From NCBI RefSeq assembly GCF_006345805.1, contig NC_043013.1:17608001-17672000 (forward strand): a DNA stretch of 64,000 nucleotides, read 5' to 3'. This DNA comes from Octopus sinensis (taxonomy: Eukaryota). The position numbers and the translations under genes are program-made. The notes below the pieces were generated by a model. It did not search any database. It saw nothing but the letters and a program-made list of their open reading frames with translations, and had not been told where the DNA came from. Below are positions 53,546 through 64,000 of this stretch, in pieces. Position 1 is the first letter of the stretch. Every line of letters starts with the position of its first letter.

Positions 53546-56313
53546 CTTTACAGGTTCACCCCAGACTGCTCTGCTTTTGTCTGCCTCAGATATCAATGTT
53601 AGCTGTAATTGCTCATCTACTTCCTTAAACAGGTTTTTCAGATTGGTTTCAGACAATCTGTTCTGTCTGAATTGTTCTGATCTACTGTCATATCTTCCCA
53701 GTTTTTCTTTGATTGCCATTGATCTTTGTTTCAATTCTTCCAACATCACATCATACATATTATCTTTTATTCTGTATGTTCTTTCCAGTCATTTTGCAAT
53801 TCCCCCTCTTTTTAATCTATCAACTTGATCCAAATATCTTTTTAACTTTATTTCTTACAAATCCTCTACATCAGTAAGGTTCTTTATGCTCTGTTTGTTC
53901 TCTTCTTTTATATCCAACTCTTTCTGTGGCAACCATAGCTGCAGCCCTAATAATCTTGTTGGTTTCAGTTTTACTTCTCATCTGGTATAGTCCAAGGACA
54001 GAATCTATCTTTTCAGTTTCAGCTTTTAGCTTATACCTCTCAACATATCTCAGATTGGGTGTTGTTTGATCCTCATCTTCTCTAATATATCATCACATCA
54101 TCGTATTCTTGTAATGTAGCTATTTCCCTTACATCTTCACTGCCACCTTTTATTTCTCTGTCATTGCTAGGCACACCATCTGCTGGTGCAGTATTATCAT
54201 TGTTTTATATTTTCCTCTTTGCTTCTTCAATCTCCATACCTCTTAGCTACCCATTTGTTCTTATTGTTCTTGCCTACTCACTTATCTCGCATCGTCCTAT
54301 TTCATCCCATTTTGATTTCATGCATTGTTGGAACCCCTTCTTCTGGGTTCACTTCTGGTCCAGCACTTAATTATAGTTCAATTTGCCTCGTTATCCCACC
54401 TTTTTCTCTGACTCTGAGTATAAGCAGTCTCTGGATGAAAACCAAACCTGTGCTGCACAGTCACAAAGCGCTATCACTACTGCTGCTGCTGCCGCCATTT
54501 TATTTAGGTTGACTTACCCGTTTATCTTTTTGGAGTTGATGAAATAAGTATCCAGATGAGCAGTGGGGTTGATATAATTGACTAGCCCCCTCCCCCAAAA
54601 TTTCAGGCCTGGTGACTATGACAGAAAGGATTATTATTTTTAATATTTCAAACGAACTTCTCATCAATCTGATATAATCTAAAATTTGTATACTTGTTGA
54701 CAGAAATGTAAATGCATTTTAGTCATAATTATTTTGATTTATATGACACTAACAGCAACTTTAAATCTCATTTGTTGACATAAATTAGATGAGTACTTTC
54801 TTTTTCTTCAATTGTTTAGTTCATTTGTAAACCCTGCCTAACACACTAAGGGTCATTTTCCCATTGCACTAATAGTGGCTTCAACTTCTATTGACCCCCA
54901 TTCACTTTACTCCACTATCTTTGTAGCACATTCTTGTGCTCTCCTCTCTTTCTCATTTCACACAGAACAGTTAAATGTTTGAATTGTGTTGCACCAGTTA
55001 AGCTTTTTCATTTATTTCAAAGCTGCGACCATATACATTATTGTCTATTGTTTCATTACTGTTTTGGTGTTACCACTTTACCAATATCAGGAGGTCATCC
55101 AGTTGAGTTGACCTGTAGCAGTGGTGGTGGATGGTTGTTGAACCAGATGCCAGTGTAATTAAAACAAGGTTTGAGTATTGTCATGGCCGAATGCTTACCA
55201 TATGAGTGTGGATTCAATCAAGATTCAAACCTTGATTAAAAAAATTTTTTTTGGCATGGCTCCAGATTGAGTAGAGTGAAATTAGGTACATGTAAACTTT
55301 GAGAAGTTTGGCAAGTCGACGCAGACAGGGACAAATGAGGACACATGGATGGGTGCGCGCGTGCACACACACACACACACACACACACTAAGTATACTCA
55401 TTACACATGATTAAATTCCATGCATATTTTCTTTTGAAGAAAGATTAATCATGTGGATTCTGTTCACAATTTCCATTTCAACTTGTTAATTTTGTTTGTC
55501 TGTTTTTGCTTTTTTGTTGCTCTTCTTCCAAGCTACTTTTATTTTTATATTTCTAATAAATTAAATTGGTTTTTTTACATTTAGAACACATATGTAAATA
55601 GCAGTTCCAGACTTAAAAAAAATAAGAACTAGGGTTGAACTTAAACCCTTCAAGTCAGTGCCCCAACATGGCCAAAGGTCAATGACTAAAAGCAAGTAAA
55701 AGATAAAACAAGTTTTTAATGATGATTTATCTCCAAGTGGATTCAGCTAAAGATAACAACTTTATAATACATTAGGATAGAATCCCTTTGCATGAAAAGG
55801 GGTTGGATGGCAGCAAGCTGTCTTGAGGACTTGGGTCACATCTTCTGTAACGACATACTACCTTTTACCCCAAATCAACCTGTTGTCTACTTTTGTTTCT
55901 TCTTACCTTGTAAGAAAGTTTACATTTATTTTTGTTTCATAAGGGAAGCAACTCAAAATATTTTGAATGATTTGGTTTTTGAACGTGTCAATTTAACTTC
56001 TCAGTATTTTTAAATATGTTAAGTTATTAAAGACCACAGTGTTTTAATAACTTCAAATATCTCCTACATGAACAATTTCAAATTATTGAAATCATTCCTG
56101 CTATAGTAGTTACATATATCCATTGCTGCTCCATTATAAATTCTCTAATTATCATATCACTGTTTCCTTCCTTTTGTTTACTTCAATACTGAAAACAGTC
56201 ATAGCAAAAATAAAATGAACTAAACCTAACTTTAAAAAACAAAACAAAAAAAAAAGCATTTTCCCCCAGTGAATAAATATAGTAATTTTTTTTCCTTTCA
56301 TTCTTTGTTTCAG

Positions 56314-56374
56314 ACTTATCTGATGATGACAACAGAATTGGTGAGAAATGAGAATATACTTCTACAAACGCTTG
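56314..56374 (+). CDS. CycT: Cyclin T, exon 4 (61 nt)
   Basis: ttctttgtttcag|TYLMMTTELVRNENILLQTL(G)|gtaagt. Phase matches exon 3. Intron 3 spans 12929-56313 (43,385 nt). Confidence 0.93.
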
Positions 56375-58933
56375 GTAAGTGTCTCATTTGTATTTTATGT
56401 ATATTGTGATCTATTTTATTATGCCTTTTAGTCAGAGGCACAGTGGAGTACTTGTCACCTTTCAACTAGTCTCAGGAAATGGGCTAGGGGTGAATGTTAT
56501 GATTATATCTACCAAATTACCCTCACACTGTGGTATTTAAATACCACTGAAAAAAAAAAGCACACTGTTTGTACTTTTAGTTTTGACTGTCAAAGTTCAT
56601 GGGATGGGGGTAGGAGTGGGTTTTATTGCCTTGTATAAAGTATGTACATAACCATTACCACAAACTCACCACCTCTCCATCATCATTGTCTTTCTTGCTA
56701 CTTTGTCACAGGTTGGACACAATCACACCACAACTTTTCCTCTATGTATTTAATTTATATGTTCTCTTATATAATCACTCATCAGTGTATTTGATAACCA
56801 GTCTAAGATAATTGTTGTTCGTTAGACATGGCATATAAATCAATTAGATATCATCATTATTTTATGCCAGCTTTCCATGCTGTCATGGGTTGAACAGTTC
56901 AACAGGATCTATTGAGTTGGAGGATTGTATCCTGCTCCAATGTTTGCTTTGATAAGGTTTCTATGACTGGGTGCCCTTCATTGTGCCAACCACTTTACAA
57001 AGTATACTGGATGTTTTTATCATGGCATGAACACTGATGATGACTATTTCTTAACTGGCAAGACTGAGGAGGAATAGAAAAGGGGGGGGGCAGTTCTAGT
57101 CAGTGGGGGGGGGGATATAAGGGAGGGTAAGTAAAATAAGATATTTCTTGTTGCAATTGCATTAATTACATGTAACAAACCAATTACTAGTTCATTGTAT
57201 TTCTTTTGTTGAGATTGACAACACTCATTTTTTTTCTTTCTTATTTCTACCATTTCTCATCATCACTTAGAGCTTTTGCTGGTATACATTGGCAAAAGGT
57301 ATAAATATAAAAACATAAATACACACATACATTGGTTTAAGAAGTTTTCTTTCCAACCACGTGGATTGGGTTCAATCCCACTGCATGGCTAGTGTCTTCT
57401 GCTATACGCGTAGTCTGACCAAGACCTTGTGAACAGATTTGATAGAGGGGGAAAAAATCCCTTGTGTGTGTGTTAGTATGTGCCTGTCTTGATATTATGT
57501 GGTAGTTGTAAATGAGTGTCACTGTCTTACAAGTAATATCAGTCATTTTTAATTTTCTACATAAACATGTTTGGCTATGAGAAATATTTGCTTGGAAACT
57601 GATGGTGGTTGGTAACAGAAAGGGCATTCAGCTGTAGAAAATCTGCCTCAATAAACTCTGTCTGACCCATGCAAGCAAAGAAAAGTGGACATCAAAATGA
57701 TGATGATACAGACCATTGTTTCCACACAGTCTCTGTTTACCAACAAATTCCTCTCACAAAGCATTGGCCAACCTGAGACAATAGTAAATGACACTAGCCC
57801 CAGTTGCCACATGGTCAGCTTGAACCCAGAACCACATAGTTGCAAAGTGAGCTGTCTTGATGTCCTGCAATTTCTATAAACAGACATTCTATCTTTATGG
57901 AGTGAAATAATGTTTAACAACTCTTTTTTGATTTCTCTGATTGTCACCTTCCGTTTTTCACTCACCTCTGTCATATGTAAAAGCAGAACGGTGATGCAAG
58001 CACTGAGTAAAAGATGTTTGCTACCAAATAATGGAATGGGTTAAACAAATTGTTCAAAAACTCAAGGATTCTATCTTTTGTAGATTCTTGTGGTATAAAA
58101 GAAAATCTGTCGCATTGCAGAGAGGGTACAGCAAATGTGTACATGAGAGAGAGATTCAAACAAATGCTGCTAAAATGTGCATGCATGCATGCACACACAC
58201 ACAGTCACATATATGAACACTGCTGGCATGTGCACACATGCAACATGCACACGACAGCTGTGTATGTGTGAGTGGGGTGTATGTGTTACACTGTTTCCTG
58301 GATATGGGTTTTTATGAGTTATATAATATCAAGTGCTTCTTGAATTATTTTATTACTGACATGGAGTTTGGTCTGTTACAGTGGACAATAATTATAGAGC
58401 ACAACAGCAAGAATTGAATTGAGCAAGGCAGAGAAAAATACAGGGAAAGATTGGGAAAAGGGCAGAGAGAAAGTGTAAGAATTAGAAATAGAGGAGAGGA
58501 GAATAAGGAATGATAAGGGAGGAAAGAAACGAAATTAATGCGAGAACTGAACCTGGAAACGATAAAGATGAAGTTAAGAGGGGAAGATTGAAAATTGTTA
58601 TTCAAAGAAGGCAAAATATGAACAATGATAGGCAAGAAAAGCTAGAATGAGAAAATGTTAGATGAGAGCACATGACTGAAAAGAATAGAAAAGATTTCCT
58701 AGAAATTAATTAAAAGATTATGAAGGAAATGACAGGATATTATTACCTAGTGGCGAGATGTTTATGGTTGACAGTGTATCACAAAATGGATTGGAATTTC
58801 TACAGGTACTCTTAGTTTTGTTATACACACACTGTGAAGTATTGTTAAATGATCTAATCATAAATAAATGAAGCATTTATGTTGTTGTTGATGTCATGAG
58901 AATATTTCAGCAATGATTCCTTTTCGTTTACAG

Positions 58934-58996
58934 GTTTTGATTTAACTGTTGATCATCCTCACACTCATGTTGTCAAAACCTGTCAAATGGTGCGAG
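58934..58996 (+). CDS. CycT: Cyclin T, exon 5 (63 nt)
   Basis: tttacag|(G)FDLTVDHPHTHVVKTCQMVR|gttagt. DHPHTHVVK is a cyclin T signature. Confidence 0.96.
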
Positions 58997-60099
58997 GTTA
59001 GTAACCCCTTGTTGCTGTTGTTGTTATTATTTCCCTCGTCCCTTTCTTTATACTTCTCCACTCACTTCCAGTTTCAATTTCTTTATATAAACGAGGGTTG
59101 TATATAAATAGTTCATTGTATTAATTTAAGCGGCGGAATCAGACCATAGTATTTTATTGGATCCCTTAATGTTCAGACTTCAAATCCTATTATCAAATCT
59201 TTAAAAATTTTATTTCATCCCTCTGAGTGTTGATGAAATGAGTACTGCCTATGTATTGGGGTTGGAAGTCATATTAATTGAATATCCTCCACCCTTACAA
59301 TGTGTAATCTTATAAATATTTCTAACTGTAGAATACTGGTTTAAATGCCTTGAAGTTGTTGTTATAGGTTCAAAAGCCATCAAGATTAACTAGAAGCATG
59401 CTAAGTCGTTTTGATCGAAAAATAGATGTGTACAGTTTATCCAACATGTTCATTTTAATTATAATTATATACACCTATACTTCTATCAGCACTATTTAGT
59501 GTGCCTCTAGTTCATTAATTCCAGCCTGACTAAGGTTTGCACACATCAGCAAATGTTTTATTGGCTGTTTAAGTATTAGAATGGCAGTTCTTAGTGGGCT
59601 TTGAACAATGAATTTGTTGCTCATAGCTGAAGTGTAACAACACAGAAATGTTTCTACTGTGTGATGATGTCATTCATGGCCCAGTGGTATGTTTTTCACA
59701 CATTGTCTGAAAGGAGAATTTCCCTACAAATATAATTTCCACAGTGAAGGTCTTTCTGCATTTGTGATTACACAGATATGTTAAATGTAATTGTGTGCAC
59801 CTATATTCCATCAAGTTTAACTTTTCTGCTTGATAAAGTTGAAGTTTTAGGAAATGGATGTTCATATTCTTTGAAAGGTCAGTGGTAATGTGAGACATAT
59901 AATACATGGGGAGTTAATAGTGAAATTTCTTAATCCCTAACATTCGTTCTGTTTTTATCTAACATAGATGACTGAAATATTGTTGAGGGTGAACAAAAAG
60001 CAGTGAGAAATTAATTAGCCAACAATGTTATGACAGTTCAACAATTTCTACATCTTTCAAGCTGTCAAAAATAGCTAGCTTAACCCTAATAATGCTTTA

Positions 60100-60680
60100 A
60101 AATTTTGGCACAAGGCCAGCAATTTCGGTTGAGTGGGTAGGTCAATTACATTGACCTCAGTACTCAACTGGTACTAAATTTATTGATCAAAAGAATGAAA
60201 GGCAAAGCTGACTTTTGCAGAATTTGAACTCAGAACATGAAATGTTGCTAAGGATTTTTCCCAGTCTGCTAATTTTATTCACCGCCTTCATGATGATGAT
60301 AATCCTTTCTGCTACAGGCACAAGGCCTGGAATTTGAGGGGTAGGGTATAGTCAATCACATCAACCCCAGTACTTGACTGGTACTTAATTTATCGACCCT
60401 GAAAGGATGAAAGGCAAAGTCAGCCTTGGCAGAGTTTGAACTCAGTACATAGCAACAGGTGAAATACTACGAAGCATTTTGTCCATCATACTAATTATTC
60501 TGCCAACTCACTGCCTTAGTAATGATAATAATAATAATAATTGCTTCTAATTTAGGCTTAAAACCAGCAGTTTTGAGGGAAGGGGATTTATATGCAGCAT
60601 TGACTGGAACTTAGTTTTATCAAGTGTGGAGAGATGAAAGGTCAAGTTAGTTTCAGTAGGATTTGAACTCAGAACATAGA
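60100..60680 (-). mobile_element. Three head-to-tail diverged copies of the Meta/MESC-like SINE
   Basis: The unit ggcacaaggcc...ggtac.taatttat.ga...gatgaaaggcaaag...tttgaactcag.acat starts at about 60107, 60318 and 60555. Confidence 0.75.
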
Positions 60681-60776
60681 TAACAACAATGATGATTATG
60701 ATAATACAAAATAATTCTATTGAATTATTGGATGTTCTTGTTGGACATGCTTTATTTTTCTACTTTTAATTTTCAG

Positions 60777-60822
60777 CCAGTAAGGATCTTGCTCAGACAT
60801 CATACTTCCTTGCAACAAACAG
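60777..60822 (+). CDS. CycT: Cyclin T, exon 6 (46 nt)
   Basis: ttttcag|(A)SKDLAQTSYFLATN(S)|gtatgt. Confidence 0.96.
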
Positions 60823-60894
60823 GTATGTTCTTGTCTATCAATTCATCTCATTGTTTTCTTTTCTTTTTCTTTTTTTCAGTGGTGGTGGTGGGTG

Positions 60895-61205
60895 GGGCTG
60901 TGTAAATATCCCTGCCTGTAGAATGGCTAACAGAATCACCCTTCTCGTTGTTGCAGTCACTGCTAGTGGTGTTGTCCTGCAACATGAGGCAAGGACTCTG
61001 GCCTTAGATATTACCTCTCCCATCGCCATGGAGTGAATATTTGGCTGCTTTTGCAATTCGACCAACATGTGGTCAGGAAATCCTGTCACAAATGCTAATT
61101 TGACTGTTCGTTCCAGTGCCTTGTCAGTGTATCCTGCAAGTTTTGCCAATCTCCTGATTTTGTTGGCAAACACATCAACCTGTTCACCTGTCCACTTCGC
61201 TTTCC
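60895..61205 (-). mobile_element. LTR-retrotransposon (Gypsy-like) gag fragment in intron 6
   Basis: GEQVDVFANKIRRLAKLAGY...VKLAFVTGFPD...LQ... matches the gag pattern GE.V..Y...LR.LA......F..G. Confidence 0.65.
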
Positions 61206-61458
61206 TCTGTACCAAACTCTGTCTACTTTGGCATGGTTTCTAAAGTTGGATGCCCTTTCAAATGCCAACCATATTACAGAATGTACAGGGTGTTTTTTGT
61301 GTGACACTACCAACAATATTAAAACAAGAAAGGTCTTTTTACTTTGTTGTGAAAAATTTCTCCCAGATTAATAATTTGTGAAATGATGTATTTTGTTGTA
61401 TTCTATTTTGAATTTTCTGTCAGCTAACATTGAATATTTTTCTTTTTTTTTTGGACAG

Positions 61459-61549
61459 TTTGCATTTAACCACAATGTGCTTGATGTACAAACCAACAGT
61501 CGTTGCTTGTGTCTGTATACATCTTGCTAGTAGGTGGGGTAGCTGGGAG
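61459..61549 (+). CDS. CycT: Cyclin T, exon 7 (91 nt)
   Basis: ggacag|(S)[30 protein letters not shown]|gtaagt. Confidence 0.96.
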
Positions 61550-62352
61550 GTAAGTTCATTTTGCTTTTAATTTATTTTTACAAACTCCCCCACAGATACA
61601 CTCTTACAGTATTTACTCACACCAGTCTAAGATGGAAAAAAAGGAACTGGCTCTCTCATAGGGGATCAAATTATGTCAGTAACACGAAAGATAATCAGTA
61701 AAGACTAAAGATTCCTTGTAAAACACACATAAACGCAGGCATATAAACTGATTTTTTGCAGTTTGTATTTGAAGTGAAATATAGCAGTTTAACAGTTATC
61801 ATTGTCATTTAATCTCCATGTTCCATGCTGCCATGGGTTGGATGTTTCGACGGAGTATGATGGGTCCAAGGACTGCATCGTGTTTTAGTATCTATTTTGG
61901 CTTCATTTCTACAGCTGACCCCTTTACGGCATTTATTGTGTGCTCTTTTTCTTGTTCTTGTGCCACTAACTTGTATGAGGCCACCATGCAGCTTGCAAGG
62001 CTAAGAACCCCAAGGAGGCATCTGAATGCTAGGAGATGGGTTAAAATATGAGGAAAAGGGCCAGGACAGGTTTCCTGTTGTAGAGGACTACTCATGTTAG
62101 ACATGAAGGTGGGAGTGATCAGATGGAGCTGGAAAGAGATAATTTTAGTGATAAGATGTCTGCGTGGACCCTCAATATATGAGGTGAGTAGGGACAGGAA
62201 TCAAGACTGAGGGTTAGTGAAGGTTGCATGAGTTGGTAGAAGGGAGAGTAGGTGATGACTGACTGTGCAGATATATTTATTTATATAGAATCCATGTATT
62301 ACACAACAAATTTATGTATATTTCTTTTTTTTTTTTTTTTTCTTTTTCTCAG

Positions 62353-62425
62353 TTGCAGTCATCTGCTGAAGGGAAACCCTGGTATTCGTACGTTGAAAAG
62401 TCTGTCACTCCAGATCTTCTTGAGG
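62353..62425 (+). CDS. CycT: Cyclin T, exon 8 (73 nt). The gene continues beyond the window
   Basis: ttttctcag|LQSSAEGKPWYSYVEKSVTPDLLE|gtgagc. Aligns with the S.DGK.W..YVD.TVT.ELL motif. Confidence 0.92.
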
Positions 62426-64000
62426 GTGAGCATTGTGTCTTATCTTCAGTACAGCCTACAGACATCTAGCTCATGGATCTGAAATTCTGACTTATACACC
62501 TTCCTATGTAAAAATCTGGTTTGTAAAAAATAGAAAACCTAGAAAACCTTTGAGCAAGTATCATAACCTCACCTTCACACTGTCTTAGCTGTAGGTTTGT
62601 TCCTATTTCATAGGAAAAGCTAACAACAGTGATGTTTGAAGTGGGGGTATCTTATGATATTAGTTGCTCTTAATAGAACGTAAGTAAGCAAATGTCAGAG
62701 AAATGACTTGCTGTTTATGCTTCCTTAGAAATCCGTTGTAAATAATAATGTTAGCTGTTTAATCTAATGTTTCATTATAAATTCATTTTAATTAAGTACA
62801 CATAAAACTAGACGAGTAAACTCATTACTAAACTCTTGGCTAATCAAAATAATTTTGTGTTAATTGAAATTTATGAAATTGAACATTAATAACTACAGAG
62901 ATAAATTCATTTTTTTAATGTTAAATTTTAAAAATTCCATTGGAAAACAAATGGAAATTAAAAGATATATTAAATGTAAAAGATTATTATTGAAGAAAAT
63001 ATTTTATTTGGGCTGTTTACTAAATATATAATGAATACTGAATTTTATGAAAAGTATATGTATTAATATGTATTTTATGGGTGTGTGGTTAAGAAATTTA
63101 CTTCCCAATCACATGTTTTGGGGTTCAGTCCCATGATGTAATACCTTGGACAAGTGTCTTCTACTATTGCTCCTGGCTAACCAAAGCCTTGTGAATGGAT
63201 TTAATTGACAGAAACTGAAAGAAGCCTGTCTTATAAGTATGTGTGTCTCCTTGTCTTGACATCATGCAATAGTTGTAAATAAGTGTCACCACCATACAAA
63301 CAGTGTCCTTTGTTTCAAATTTTTCCTGGAAACATCTGACCCTGGGAAAATATCACATTATTTGGTAACAAAGCGAGTGTTGGTGACAGGAAGGGCATCA
63401 AGCCATAGACAATTTACCTTGGTAAAATTCATGACCCATGTAGGCATAGAATAGTGGACATTAAAATGTCTCTGTTAACAAACACACACACACACACACG
63501 GGTCATTCAAATTCTAACAGTCTGAATATCACATTTTATTTTTACAATTTTACACTATCACAAGTACTTTCGTGTTTTATACCAATTTTGAGGTTAATGT
63601 TTATGTAGTAGCATTAACAAACAGCTAACATAGATATTTACTTAAAAATATTTTATAAAACTTGTACTTCTAACATTGTAAGATGGTAAAAGTATAAAAA
63701 AAAAGGCTCAAAATCAGACTGTTGGTATTTGATTAACTTGTATATTTATCAGTCAAACTCCTAAAAAGTTAGGGCATATTTTTAAATAAGAAAAATCCAT
63801 ATTACTTGTATTTCACATCATCATTTAACATGTCTCCTTTGCTGGCATGGGTTGGATAGTTTGACTGGATTCAAATGAGCCAGAGTACTTTCATCTCCAG
63901 TGTTGACTTTGGCATGGTTTCTACAGTTGGAGACCCTTCCTAAGTTTTTTATGAGGCCATCTTTTACCATTATCCTGATATTGTATTAAGGCATCTATTT

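Larger units (their letters stand above)
49335..54430 (-). mobile_element. Near full-length decayed R4/Dong-like non-LTR retrotransposon (RT + CCHC finger + restriction-like endonuclease), interrupted by two insertions
   Basis: In order on the minus strand: CWTRSEPRRRGF; LGRYDSR..QNRL; NWKSPGLDGIQSYWMKKL; KDQLLIDK; IPHSW; NHLLFKDDLK; GGKGL; QDQALATN..CHIC...HIVNKC; KPDLVVVDK..IIDVTCPFD. Confidence 0.85.

Overview
AT-rich, repeat-dense animal genomic DNA. The SINE, MITE and LINE families and the long (TA)n/(CA)n tracts suggest a coleoid cephalopod, probably Octopus; this is an inference. The window holds the promoter and the first 8 coding exons (703 nt, about 234 aa, both cyclin boxes) of a + strand cyclin T gene (P-TEFb subunit), which continues past the window end. 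Intron 1 (9.3 kb) is a minor-spliceosome (U12-type) GT-AG intron. It contains a second, perfect U12 donor at 5858, just downstream of a possible 18-nt stop-containing micro-exon; this is the most intriguing signal. Intron 3 is 43.4 kb and packed with tRNA-derived SINEs, RTE-tailed repeats, Tc1/mariner relics, MITEs, a ~480-bp foldback, and a nested stack in which an R4/Dong-like RLE retrotransposon is interrupted by a CR1-group LINE and a hAT MITE. Nearly all other entries in the ORF track are spurious or transposon-derived.
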